Of a stretch of DNA of 64,000 nucleotides, positions 9,458-19,213 are shown piece after piece (the first letter of the stretch is position 1; the number at the start of each line of letters is the position of its first letter). Below the pieces are notes generated by a model. It worked only from the letters and a program-made list of their open reading frames with translations. It did no database searches and was not told where the DNA came from. The DNA is from a virus. Position numbers and translations under genes: made by a program. The stretch lies in the IMG/VR virus record IMGVR_UViG_3300028654_000012, positions 1 to 64,000 of that record; one strand, written 5' to 3'.

Positions 9458-10147
9458 ATGGGATGGCAACCGTTAAGCTCAGGATCGAAAACATTAAATT
9501 TTCAAGAATTTACTTCCTCAAATACTTGGACAAAGCCTACAGGGGTTACCTCTGTGTGGGTATATCTTGTTGGGGGTGGAGGAACAGGCGGCTCTGGCGG
9601 CGGAGGCGGCTTCACTGTAGTGAGTGGGAAAGCGGCGGGCCATGGAGGTGGAGGTGGTGGAGGCCAGATAATTTATAAGCCCGTAACTGTCGCGGGAAAT
9701 GTCTCCGTAACTATTGGTGGAGGAGGTTCTCCTTCATCATTCGGATCTCTAAGTGCAGCTGCCGGAAATAATGGAACAGCAGGAGCTCCTAGTGCCCTCG
9801 ATAGCGGTACTACTTTAGGTACAAGTGGTACGTGGGGAGGGCCAGGCGGATCAGGTGGTGGCGGTGGAGCAACTGCCGGATCTAGCGGTACCCTAGGAGG
9901 CTCCTTCGATGGAGCTAGTATACGTAGTGCAGGCGGAGCTAGTGGAGATGGCGGGGCATCATATGGGGCAGGAGCTGCAGGGGTTACTATTAGTGCTGGA
10001 GCTGGCTCAGGTATTAACGGAAACGGAGCAGCTAACAATACAGGAGGAGGCGGCAGTGGCGGAACTGGAGCAACTGCAGGTAACCTTGCTAATGGAGCCG
10101 GAGGAGCTGGTGGATCGGGCTACTGTCGCGTTGAGTGGTACGCCTAA
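9458..10147 (+). CDS. Glycine-rich fibre-tip-like protein
   Basis: FTSSNTWTKPTGVTSVWVYLVGGGG...GGAGGSGYCRVEW is the glycine-rich domain typical of phage fibre C-termini. Confidence 0.75.
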   Translation: MGWQPLSSGSKTLNFQEFTSSNTWTKPTGVTSVWVYLVGGGGTGGSGGGGGFTVVSGKAAGHGGGGGGGQIIYKPVTVAGNVSVTIGGGGSPSSFGSLSAAAGNNGTAGAPSALDSGTTLGTSGTWGGPGGSGGGGGATAGSSGTLGGSFDGASIRSAGGASGDGGASYGAGAAGVTISAGAGSGINGNGAANNTGGGGSGGTGATAGNLANGAGGAGGSGYCRVEWYA

Positions 10148-10158
10148 AGGAAATTACT

Positions 10159-10548
10159 ATGACTGAATATGCTCAAATAAATAATAATTTAGTTACTTGG
10201 GTAATCGTGGCAGATGCTAACCATATCGCTACACGTACTGACGGACCGTGGGTACTTACTCCAAGCCATGTCGAGATAGGTTATTCTTATCAAAATGGAA
10301 TTTTTTTATCTCCTCTACCTTCGTCAATGTCTTTAGTAGGGGGAGATATTCTAGCTCTAGTTACTACAGTTGTAGCTGATTCTGACTATACTTATCAGTG
10401 GCAGAAAGATGGTGTAGATATGGCTGGCGAAGTGAGATGCTCGTACGTTGTAGGAAACGTTTCATCTGGAGATGCGGCTACCTATACATGTAATGTCACT
10501 TGCGGAGTAACTACAGCAAGTACCTCAATAGTAGTAACAGTATCATAA
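10159..10548 (+). CDS. Fibre-associated protein with an Ig-like domain
   Basis: AAGGA RBS before the ATG at 10159. C-terminal YTYQWQKDG...DAATYTCNVT is an I-set Ig signature. Confidence 0.65.
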   Translation: MTEYAQINNNLVTWVIVADANHIATRTDGPWVLTPSHVEIGYSYQNGIFLSPLPSSMSLVGGDILALVTTVVADSDYTYQWQKDGVDMAGEVRCSYVVGNVSSGDAATYTCNVTCGVTTASTSIVVTVS

Positions 10549-10551
10549 TTT

Positions 10552-11505
10552 ATGACTAATATACATCCTATCCTACTTACGCAGACAGGTACTGCTCCTA
10601 CAACAGGGCAGGTATTGACTGCTACTTCTACTACAGCAGCTAACTGGGCCACTCCTACGGGAGGAGCTCCTAGTGGTTCTGCTGGCGGAGATTTAGCAGG
10701 GACCTACCCTAACCCGACTGTAATAGCTGTTGAATCAGCTACTACTCGTATCGTGTTAAATGGAGCCACAGCTCCTACTAACGGTCAAGTACTAACCGCT
10801 ACCTCAGGTACAGCAGCTAACTGGCAAACTCCTGTATCGAGTTATCTATCTCTATCCGGAGGTACTTTAACAGGTCCTCTATTTATAAATGGAGCAACTG
10901 CAGGTATTACTCCTTTGATTTTAGAAGGGCCTTCGGCAACGGCCCACCAACCCATTTTAGAATTCTTAGACACTACAACTAGTGCCTCTTCTTACATCGG
11001 TTTCGCGACACAAATATTGTCAGGTGCAGCTACTGATGATATGGGAATTCGTTCTGCAGCTGCTTTATCTTTCGGTACAAATGGAAGTGCTACTGTACGT
11101 ATGTATATGGATACGAGCGGTAACGTATCCATTGGATCTAGTTCTCCGGGATCTCTTCTAGATGTAGTAGGAGCTATTCGCGGTAAACAATTTACAGATA
11201 CTACTAACGCAATTGGTTCTTCAGGATCTTCTCAGACTATTAACTGGACTTCCGGAGCTATAGTTACTACTACCCTTACAGCTAACTGCAGTATAACTTT
11301 TTCAGGGGCAATTGCAGGACAGACTCTTACTATGTTCTTAACGCAAGATGGTACAGGCTCGAGAACAGTTACTTGGTCGTCATCCCCAAAGTGGCCGGGT
11401 GGAACAGCTCCAACATTAACTACAACGGCTAGCAAAACGGATATTATTACTATGTACTACGATGGTACTAATTTCTGGGGTTTCACGGGCGGGCAGAACT
11501 ACTAA
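10552..11505 (+). CDS. Fibre protein
   Basis: GQVLTAT...ANW repeats and PSGSAGGDLAGTYPNPTV. C-terminal LTQDGTGSRTVTW...KWPGGTAPTLT...DII is a common phage fibre terminal domain. Confidence 0.7.
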   Translation: MTNIHPILLTQTGTAPTTGQVLTATSTTAANWATPTGGAPSGSAGGDLAGTYPNPTVIAVESATTRIVLNGATAPTNGQVLTATSGTAANWQTPVSSYLSLSGGTLTGPLFINGATAGITPLILEGPSATAHQPILEFLDTTTSASSYIGFATQILSGAATDDMGIRSAAALSFGTNGSATVRMYMDTSGNVSIGSSSPGSLLDVVGAIRGKQFTDTTNAIGSSGSSQTINWTSGAIVTTTLTANCSITFSGAIAGQTLTMFLTQDGTGSRTVTWSSSPKWPGGTAPTLTTTASKTDIITMYYDGTNFWGFTGGQNY

Positions 11506-11506
11506 C

Positions 11507-13300
11507 ATGAGATTAGGTACTGCAATAATGGCGGAGGCTTTATCGAATACTAAATCTACTATAGATACTATAGTAGCTACAGTTAGTATTGGAGGCCAAC
11601 CTGAGGGCCTCGCCTATGATGGTAATACCCACGTATGGGTTTCTAATCTTACAGGTCAAACAGTTTCTAGAATAAACATAGCTACGAATGTTATTGATTC
11701 CGCTCCTACGTTAGGAGGGGATCCTAATTATACGATGTATACCCATTGGCGTATGTGGATGGCCCGGTTTATTTTTAATGATTCTGCGGTATATGATTCA
11801 ACAACAGTGACCTCTGTAACTACAGCAAATCTTCCTTATGCGGGTTCTAATACTCAACTTGCTTACGACGGATTACATGCTTGGGGGATATATAATACGG
11901 GTAGCGGATTTACTCCAGCTAAGTTCGACGCCACTACTGGAACACTTGTATCTTTCGTACCTACTGTTAACGGAAGCGCCACTTCTGGTCCTATCTGTTT
12001 TGACGGTACTTATATTTGGTGTGCCTATGCATTTCCTATTCTGAAGAAAATAGATCCTGTGGCTATGACAGTAGTAGCTACTGTTAATGTAAGTGCCGCT
12101 TTTAATAACTTTGGAGATCTATACTTTGGGGGAGGCTATGTATGGGTATCTGACAATTTTGGTTCCTTATTTAAAATAGATCCTAATTCTCTTGCTATAA
12201 CTCAGATCGCTATCTCCGGACAAGGAATGGGAATGGTCTATGCTAATGGATATTTATGGTTAGTAGACGATTATACTTATACCCTCTTAAAAATAAATGT
12301 TAGTTCAAACACCATAGTTAAAACTATAACAGGATTTAATGTTCCCTTTGCAGTAGATTACGATGGAACTAATCTATGGGTAGCTAATAACGGTAATGGT
12401 ACCGTAAGTAAAGTATATATAGGTACAGACTCAGCTAGTGGGAATATCGTAAGCACAGTATCTTTAACTGCAGGTTCAAATCCTACAGCTGTTTGTTTTG
12501 ACGGGGCAAATATTTGGTCGTCTAATCAAACTACTAATAAAGTGACTAAGATTTTAGCTTCTACAGGAGCTATTGTAAATAGTTATTCAGTAGGTACGAG
12601 TCCTCAAGATATTTGCTTTGATGGAACTAATATTTGGACGGCTAATAGCGGTAGTAATAATGTAACTAAAATTTTAGCCTCTACCGGTGCAGTAGTTAGT
12701 ACCCCTTCAACGCAGTCGATTCCCCAAAGTATCTGCTATGATGGTACTTTTATTTGGACGGCTAATCGTGGAAGTGACTCCGTAACAAAGATCACTGCCT
12801 CAACTGGGGCTGTCGTAGGTTCCTACCCTGTAAATCAAGTTCCTGAGTACCTTACAGTTGTAGGAAATAAAATATGGGTATCATGCCTTATCAACGGCTA
12901 TGTTGATTCAGTAGATCAATCTACGGGTACTAGTACCACTCTCGTAGCTTTAAATGCAGGAGGGGCTCTCGCAGGCCCCATGTATTACGATGGGTTATAC
13001 GTTTGGTTATGCAATGGAAGTACTATAATACAGATGAATTCCTCTACGGGAGCTGTAATAGCTACCTTCCCTTCAGGAGCTGTAGCCGCCGCAGGGACAG
13101 TTCCTGTGGGACCCTATTTATGGGTGCCTGACGACAATAACGGAGCAGGAGTATCTAAATTACTGGCCTCCACTATGACAGTACTTAATACTTATCCGAC
13201 AGGGGCGGGCTTCGTAAATAATCGTAAGAGTGTTTTTGATGGGACCTATTTATGGATCCCTCAGTTTAGTAATGATACTGTAACAAAGATGGCTGTTTAA
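11507..13300 (+). CDS. Tandem beta-propeller (YncE/NHL-like) adhesin
   Basis: About 14 repeats of [FY]DGxxxW at roughly 40-aa spacing. The ATG at 11507 follows the upstream stop, so it is preferred over 11462. Confidence 0.7.
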   Translation: MRLGTAIMAEALSNTKSTIDTIVATVSIGGQPEGLAYDGNTHVWVSNLTGQTVSRINIATNVIDSAPTLGGDPNYTMYTHWRMWMARFIFNDSAVYDSTTVTSVTTANLPYAGSNTQLAYDGLHAWGIYNTGSGFTPAKFDATTGTLVSFVPTVNGSATSGPICFDGTYIWCAYAFPILKKIDPVAMTVVATVNVSAAFNNFGDLYFGGGYVWVSDNFGSLFKIDPNSLAITQIAISGQGMGMVYANGYLWLVDDYTYTLLKINVSSNTIVKTITGFNVPFAVDYDGTNLWVANNGNGTVSKVYIGTDSASGNIVSTVSLTAGSNPTAVCFDGANIWSSNQTTNKVTKILASTGAIVNSYSVGTSPQDICFDGTNIWTANSGSNNVTKILASTGAVVSTPSTQSIPQSICYDGTFIWTANRGSDSVTKITASTGAVVGSYPVNQVPEYLTVVGNKIWVSCLINGYVDSVDQSTGTSTTLVALNAGGALAGPMYYDGLYVWLCNGSTIIQMNSSTGAVIATFPSGAVAAAGTVPVGPYLWVPDDNNGAGVSKLLASTMTVLNTYPTGAGFVNNRKSVFDGTYLWIPQFSNDTVTKMAV

Positions 13301-13310
13301 AGGAATTACC

Positions 13311-13802
13311 ATGTCAATTAATGAAGGCAAATTAAGCGAGAAGGAGCAGAAGCTAGTTAATGAGTGCAAGATCCTTATGCCTGAACGTTTTCGGGCGACA
13401 GCGACCGATGATCGTATCCTTCAATTCATAGAAATTGTTATTGCTGACATCAACGTAATACCTCCTCTAAGCACTTATAACGCGCAGTCATTGCCCGATG
13501 TGATTCGCCCTATAGTTCGTTTCGGTGTTTCTATGTACGCTGAGATTTTTCAACAAATGCGCGCTACCTTAGACGACTTTACTTGGAGCGACCAAGGCGT
13601 GACAGTGGCTATTGATCAGACGGCTAAGATCAATATTTCCCTAACTAATATGACTCGAATCTACGAGCGTATGATTACTAACTATAAAAAGACTCAAATC
13701 TTCAATGCAGGTGCCTCACTAGGTACCCCTCGATTTAATACGGCATTAGGTCAGTTCTTAAAGATCGCGCTAGGTACGTCATTCCTCTGGAATAGTCCGT
13801 AA
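13311..13802 (+). CDS. Putative head-tail adaptor / neck protein
   Basis: 163 aa, helical, first gene of the neck module. Assignment rests mainly on gene order. Confidence 0.45.
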   Translation: MSINEGKLSEKEQKLVNECKILMPERFRATATDDRILQFIEIVIADINVIPPLSTYNAQSLPDVIRPIVRFGVSMYAEIFQQMRATLDDFTWSDQGVTVAIDQTAKINISLTNMTRIYERMITNYKKTQIFNAGASLGTPRFNTALGQFLKIALGTSFLWNSP

Positions 13803-13804
13803 CA

Positions 13805-13833
13805 TTGTCGTAGCAATAGTATAGATCTATTAT
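13805..13833 (+). promoter_or_regulatory. Candidate sigma70-like promoter
   Basis: TTGTCG-N17-TATTAT in the 13803-13854 intergenic gap. Confidence 0.3.
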
Positions 13834-13854
13834 AGTAATAACAGGGACACTATC

Positions 13855-14331
13855 ATGCAAAAACTAGGTAAGTTATCCGACAGTGAAGCTAATAGTACGG
13901 CGCCTCTAAAGGGGTCGTACCGTGTTGTTTTGGATATGGACTTCACAACGGGGGCCACGCTAGCGAACCTAGATGCTTCCCTGAAAGCTCTAGGAGCTGT
14001 TGATATTTCTATTGAAAAATATCAAGCCCCTGTAAAGTTCTTCACTGGAGAGCCTGTAGAGCTCACAGCGCATTTCAAATGTCAAAAGCCTATTTACGTA
14101 GACGCATACCAAAATTTAATTATTTCAGATCAGTTAGCGGACAGCAATGTTTCTTCTGCAGGTGAGTATGAAGTAACTATTCCTAAAGGAATTGTTGCCG
14201 AAGTCAATAAGTCTTCATCAGAAGATGAGGTAGAACTGTTATTTACAGGCTCTGTCATTGAGTTTAATGAGAAAGTAGCCTATCTAGGTATCATTAGAGT
14301 ACCTAGTTGCTTAGTGAGGAAATCTTACTAA
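13855..14331 (+). CDS. Hypothetical protein
   Basis: 158-aa ORF in the neck region. Confidence 0.6.
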   Translation: MQKLGKLSDSEANSTAPLKGSYRVVLDMDFTTGATLANLDASLKALGAVDISIEKYQAPVKFFTGEPVELTAHFKCQKPIYVDAYQNLIISDQLADSNVSSAGEYEVTIPKGIVAEVNKSSSEDEVELLFTGSVIEFNEKVAYLGIIRVPSCLVRKSY

Positions 14332-14332
14332 C

Positions 14333-14971
14333 ATGGCGATGCCTAGTACAGTAAGTGGCGTTCAAGTTACTAATCTATTAAGTGGATTTCGGTTTTTAGT
14401 TGAATGGGATCTAAATAATGGTGGAGAAGTAGTAACTGCTTATAAAGTTTTCAGATCCCCTAATCAGGGACATGGATATAGCCTAGTTGCTACAATCACT
14501 TCTCCCGGATTTCAGTATGTTGATAAAGTACCTTTTACTTACGGAGCAGTTTTTTATTACAAAGTAATAGCTATAAACGCTAGCGGTATCATGGGTGATA
14601 TTACGCAGGCTGAAGCTGTTACTGATGAAACATTTGACGATTTTGATGAAAAGCCTTTTAGATCAGTAGCTATTGGTCCCGACTCGTTTGTCTTTAATGA
14701 AATTCCAGGTGGGCCGTTAGATAATACTAATTTTACGTTTACAACAGCTCAATATTTTAGAGCAGGAACTTTACAAGTTTATATAGATGGTATGAGAGTT
14801 CAGCCTACTAAAGTGTATACGGAAGGGGCTGATCAAAAGAGTTTTACATTGGTAGCTACAGCTCCTACGCCAGGCTCGGTTAATCCTATACTAGCAATTT
14901 CAAACAGCTCAGGGCTATGGCCTCCTAGCGCCCCTAACGATTTTATAATGGTAGATTATCTAGCACTCTAA
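14333..14971 (+). CDS. Fibronectin type III domain virion protein
   Basis: VEWD...YKVFRS...YVDK...YYKVIAIN is an FN3 pattern, followed by a small FTTA...LQVYIDG...YTE module. Confidence 0.65.
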   Translation: MAMPSTVSGVQVTNLLSGFRFLVEWDLNNGGEVVTAYKVFRSPNQGHGYSLVATITSPGFQYVDKVPFTYGAVFYYKVIAINASGIMGDITQAEAVTDETFDDFDEKPFRSVAIGPDSFVFNEIPGGPLDNTNFTFTTAQYFRAGTLQVYIDGMRVQPTKVYTEGADQKSFTLVATAPTPGSVNPILAISNSSGLWPPSAPNDFIMVDYLAL

Positions 14972-15198
14972 TGATTAGAAAAGAAGGAGACGTAATCGAG
15001 CTTAAGTCGGAAGTTAAAGTGCTAAAAGCGTTTGCTATTGAAGATCAGATTTACTACGTAGTTAGACCTGTTAATACGTACAGTGAGTCTCTTTGGATTA
15101 TTGCAGGCGACGGTTCACCTCTTAAAATTACTACCGAAATTTTGGAAAAGGCCTCATTAGCTGTAGCTCACATAATTGATGAAGAGGCGGATAACTAA
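14971..15198 (+). CDS. Hypothetical protein
   Basis: 75-aa ORF coupled by TAATG overlaps on both sides. Confidence 0.6.
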   Translation: MIRKEGDVIELKSEVKVLKAFAIEDQIYYVVRPVNTYSESLWIIAGDGSPLKITTEILEKASLAVAHIIDEEADN

Positions 15199-15746
15199 TG
15201 TCTCATTTACAGATACTCCCCGCTATTGCAGAACGCGTTGACCCCTTAGTAGAACGCTTTCTCGATATGCGGAATAAGTTTCAGTGGATGATGGGCGTAG
15301 GCGGAGAAACAGTACTACTCTATCAGCGTCGTGAGCAAGGTAAGCTTTGTCCCTTCTACGATCCTATTCGTAGGCAACATAGACAGGATATCGATGAGGT
15401 TTGTTTTGGTACTAACTTCGTCGGAGGATATTATCCCCCTGTATCGATTTTTGTTAGTATTAATCAACCAGGCAGTCAGCAGAAGATTAGATTATATGAA
15501 GAAGGTCTTCGTAGAGAATTCGTTCCTACATGCTGGGCTCTCTGGGAACCTATCTTAAAAAATAGAGATTTTATCGTTCGTAGAGATGGTTCAAGACTTT
15601 GGATTACTGATGTTACTACAAGTCGCTGGAGACATCATACTCTTAGAAGCCTTTTTAAAGTAGAAGAGATTGAGCGTAGTGAGCAGATCTACAAGATTCC
15701 GTTACCAGGTATTTTTCCTGGAATTAGCAGTGGGGGTTCATACTAA
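15198..15746 (+). CDS. Putative head closure (stopper) protein
   Basis: GETVLLYQR...CPFYD...VCFGTNFVGGYYPP resembles large-phage head-closure proteins; neck position. Confidence 0.55.
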   Translation: MSHLQILPAIAERVDPLVERFLDMRNKFQWMMGVGGETVLLYQRREQGKLCPFYDPIRRQHRQDIDEVCFGTNFVGGYYPPVSIFVSINQPGSQQKIRLYEEGLRREFVPTCWALWEPILKNRDFIVRRDGSRLWITDVTTSRWRHHTLRSLFKVEEIERSEQIYKIPLPGIFPGISSGGSY

Positions 15747-16195
15747 TGACTCAAGAAGAAAGATCCTCCTACAATAAAGCTCATTATCTAGCTAATAAAG
15801 AAAAGAAGCTTGCTCATGCTAAACAATATTATAAAGATAATCAAGCGGAAAGAGACGCGCATGACAAGGAATATAAGACTAGGTATTCGGCGGTAAGAAC
15901 TTCTTATCGTAAGGCGCGAAGACATACTCCTGAAGGCCTTCTTTCCATATTAAAGCAGCGGTGTAAGAAAGCTGGAACTACTATTGAACATTATAATTCG
16001 CTCTCTAAAAAGTGTTCTTTTACGCATTGTGAAGCGATCGAACCTGGAGGCAATGGTGATTGGCATCTAGATCACGATCATGCGACCGGAAAGTTTAGAG
16101 GCTTACTTTGCGCAAGACATAATCGCCTGTTAGGGGATGCTCGGGATAGTAAGATAGATTTACAAGATGCGGTAGACTACTTAGGGAGAATATAA
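15746..16195 (+). mobile_element. Free-standing endonuclease VII-type (HNH) homing endonuclease
   Basis: C..C...LDHDHATGKFRGLLCARHNRLLG.ARD is the EndoVII signature, with a basic N-terminal DNA-binding arm. Inserted between neck genes. Confidence 0.8.
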
Positions 16196-16198
16196 ATC

Positions 16199-16846
16199 AT
16201 GCCAGTTCCTAGTCAACCCGTTACACCGCCTATTCTTACCGGACCTGTTATCTCTCGTAGAGTAAGAGATGCTATAGTTGTTAACTTAAGAAATCAGTTT
16301 GCCTTGGATCCTGTGTATCCTTACATTGAGAATCCAGATGGTACTCTTAATATTAATACTACGGCTCCTTATACTCAGATCGCTATTAACGATGCAACTC
16401 CTATAGATTTTTTAATCTACCCTTGTATTACGGTAGAGAATCTCTCAGGTGAAGAGCACAGATTTTTGCAGCAAGATTATTTCGAACAGTTTAAAGATGC
16501 GAACGGAAACGTTTTCAATCGCCGCGGTGCGCCTATGACGATGGAAGTAACCATCAAGGCGAAGGCGCTTGACACAGTTGTAAGAGATCAAGTTCTAGAT
16601 AGGCTTTATGAAAGGTTCAAGATACTCACCGACTATTTGTCTGCCAGCGGTGTAGGAGTAGTAAAGACCAGCTTACTAGCAGATGACAGAGAATTCCCTT
16701 ATGACAGATGGATTTATACTTCGGGAATTCGTATGACGCTGTACGTAGAGTGGACTGAAATCAATCCTATCGGTGCTACTCTTAAAAAGATTACTGGTAC
16801 AGTAACTACTGAGGATCAGGCAATTAGTGAATCCTTTAAACTTTAA
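16199..16846 (+). CDS. Putative tail terminator / tail completion protein
   Basis: 215 aa, directly upstream of the sheath; YPCITVE...MEVTIKAKA pattern. Assignment rests mainly on gene order. Confidence 0.5.
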   Translation: MPVPSQPVTPPILTGPVISRRVRDAIVVNLRNQFALDPVYPYIENPDGTLNINTTAPYTQIAINDATPIDFLIYPCITVENLSGEEHRFLQQDYFEQFKDANGNVFNRRGAPMTMEVTIKAKALDTVVRDQVLDRLYERFKILTDYLSASGVGVVKTSLLADDREFPYDRWIYTSGIRMTLYVEWTEINPIGATLKKITGTVTTEDQAISESFKL

Positions 16847-16879
16847 ATAATTTAAACAATACTTTGGAGAAATAACAAT

Positions 16880-19207
16880 ATGGCAAATAATCCTCCGTTA
16901 TCCGCAGAAGGCGCCGAGTCGGGAGTAGTGGTAGAATTTGTACCCTCTACTGCTCAGCCCAATATCTCTGGCGGAATTAGAACTGTAGCCCTTATCGGAA
17001 CCGGTAAGACTACTAAGACTCTAACTGCTACTCTTACTAGAGGAGCTCCAGCTACACCCTTAGCTCCCGGAGCACCTGACTTAGCTTCGGCTTTGCCCTA
17101 TGCTATCTTAGCTGCTTCAACTGTTACTAACGTAGGAGCTTCAACGTTAGTAGGAGATCTAGGTCTTTTTCCAGGTACTTCTGTTACAGGGTTTCCTCCA
17201 GGCACATTATCTGGTGCCGAGAATATCGGTAACAGCTTAGCTCAGCAGGCTCAAGTCGATGCTACTGCAGCTTATACCAATCTAGCTCTACGCGTAGGAG
17301 CTATTGATGAAACTGGTAACGACCTCAACACTATTACCGGACCCGGTCTCTATAAGTGGACATCTTCTGCAGCTCTCACAGGGACGATGACTCTGACGGG
17401 GTCAGCTACTGATGTAGTTATCTTTCAAATTGGTAGTACTCTAACTACGAGTTCTTCTCCGGCTGTAGTACTTGTAGGTATTTTACCTCAGAACGTATTC
17501 TGGCAGGTAGGCTCTTCAGCTACTCTAGGTGGAGGTACCTTCCAAGGTGTTCTCTTAGCCAATACTAGCGTCTCTGTAAGTGCGGCTTGCGTAGTTACAG
17601 GGCAGCTAATCGCGCTCAACGGAGCAGTAACTATCGCTGCTGCTTCTTCCATTACTGATAACGTTCTTGAAGGAGCTGCTACAGATATTCTACTTCCTCC
17701 AGCGTTCTCACTACCTTCTACGATCACTGATGCTACTTACGTTAATTATAATCTAGGAATCGACTATACCCTAGTAGATGGCAACGTAACTTGGCTTACC
17801 GCTCCTGCATCTTTTACAAGTAATGTAAACGCTACGGGTGGATTAAACGTTACGGGGTTAACCTTTATCGTTTCTTTCAACGGAGCTACTCCAGTAAACT
17901 TTACCTTTACGGGAAGTAACCCTGTCAGTCAGGCGAGCATCGTTTCTCAGATGAATACCGCGTTTGGTGCTCAAGGTGCTGCTGCAGCTTTCGGATCATT
18001 TATTACACTCTCTAACTCAAATCCTCCGGGACCTGTTAATACTATTCAGGTACTTGGTGGAACGGCTAACGCTGTCCTAGGATTTACAGGTGGATTAATC
18101 GCGAAAGGACCTCAGCAACCTACTCCTACGATTGGATTGGTTCCTGGAACTATGTATTCCTTTAGCTATCAGTCACCTAAGGTTTCAGCAGATTATGTTC
18201 CTACAGTTTACTACGATCTACAAGATCTAATCAACGATATGGGGCCTGTTCCTACTAACACAGCTACTCCTCCAGCGGTTTATAATCTTCAGTCTTCGGA
18301 CTATACGTTACCTCTTGGAGCTCAAGTAGTATTCCAGAATAGTGCTAACTCCGGAGCCGTAGTTGCTATGCAGCTAGATCCGGCGGATGAGCCGGCCTTG
18401 ACAGGATTCCAGAATGCCCTAAACAAACTACTAGCAGTACCTAACATTAATATCGTGGTATGTCTGACAGGAGATCCAAACTTATACCCAGCTATCTTAG
18501 GTCACGTAACTAATGCTAGCGCTCCTCTAGAAGGTAACTTCAGAACTGCCATCGTAGGTATGCATGGTAATCCGTCTATTGCTACGGCTACTGGATATGC
18601 CTCAGGCTTCTCTGCAGGAGGTAATGGTAGACGTATCTTGTTAGTTTATCCTCCAGCTGCATCTATCCCTGCAACTAATGGTGCCGTTCAGACTGACGGA
18701 GCTTTTATTGCAGCCGCGATTGCAGGTCTTCGTATTAATAGTAACTATGACGTGGCTGAGCCTCTTCTGAGAAAGCAGTTACAGGGTATTAATAGTATTC
18801 CGGCTAATCTTCTTCGCTCACAGAAGTTAGCTCTTCGTAATGGCGGAGTTACGGTAGTTGAAACAGTCAACGGTATCATTCGCGTTATGGAAGATACTAC
18901 GACTGATAGATCTACTGTTGACGCTGAGAACTATTCAGTTACAGAGATCATCGACTTCGTAGCAGAGTCTACTCAGTCTACATTGAATAATCTATTCATT
19001 GGAATCAAGCTCTTAAACGATACCCCAAGTATGATTGTAACTACTCTTAATCTGTTACTATCCACGTTTGTTGACCTACAGATTATTAATGGATTCACTA
19101 ACGTATCTGCAACAGTTAACTCTATAGATCCGTCACAGATAGATGTTTCTTTCGACATCGCTCCCGTATATCCTTTGAGATACATTTCAGTTACATTCTC
19201 TATCTAA
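16880..19207 (+). CDS. Tail sheath protein with an inserted DUF3494 ice-binding-like domain
   Basis: Sheath N-terminus (VALIGTG) and C-terminus (AAAIAGL...EPLLRKQL...GGVTVVE...IRVMEDTTT...IDVSFDIAPVYPLRYISVTF). The DUF3494 motif runs from about 17099 to 17657. Confidence 0.85.
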   Translation: MANNPPLSAEGAESGVVVEFVPSTAQPNISGGIRTVALIGTGKTTKTLTATLTRGAPATPLAPGAPDLASALPYAILAASTVTNVGASTLVGDLGLFPGTSVTGFPPGTLSGAENIGNSLAQQAQVDATAAYTNLALRVGAIDETGNDLNTITGPGLYKWTSSAALTGTMTLTGSATDVVIFQIGSTLTTSSSPAVVLVGILPQNVFWQVGSSATLGGGTFQGVLLANTSVSVSAACVVTGQLIALNGAVTIAAASSITDNVLEGAATDILLPPAFSLPSTITDATYVNYNLGIDYTLVDGNVTWLTAPASFTSNVNATGGLNVTGLTFIVSFNGATPVNFTFTGSNPVSQASIVSQMNTAFGAQGAAAAFGSFITLSNSNPPGPVNTIQVLGGTANAVLGFTGGLIAKGPQQPTPTIGLVPGTMYSFSYQSPKVSADYVPTVYYDLQDLINDMGPVPTNTATPPAVYNLQSSDYTLPLGAQVVFQNSANSGAVVAMQLDPADEPALTGFQNALNKLLAVPNINIVVCLTGDPNLYPAILGHVTNASAPLEGNFRTAIVGMHGNPSIATATGYASGFSAGGNGRRILLVYPPAASIPATNGAVQTDGAFIAAAIAGLRINSNYDVAEPLLRKQLQGINSIPANLLRSQKLALRNGGVTVVETVNGIIRVMEDTTTDRSTVDAENYSVTEIIDFVAESTQSTLNNLFIGIKLLNDTPSMIVTTLNLLLSTFVDLQIINGFTNVSATVNSIDPSQIDVSFDIAPVYPLRYISVTFSI

Positions 19208-19213
19208 TAATCC

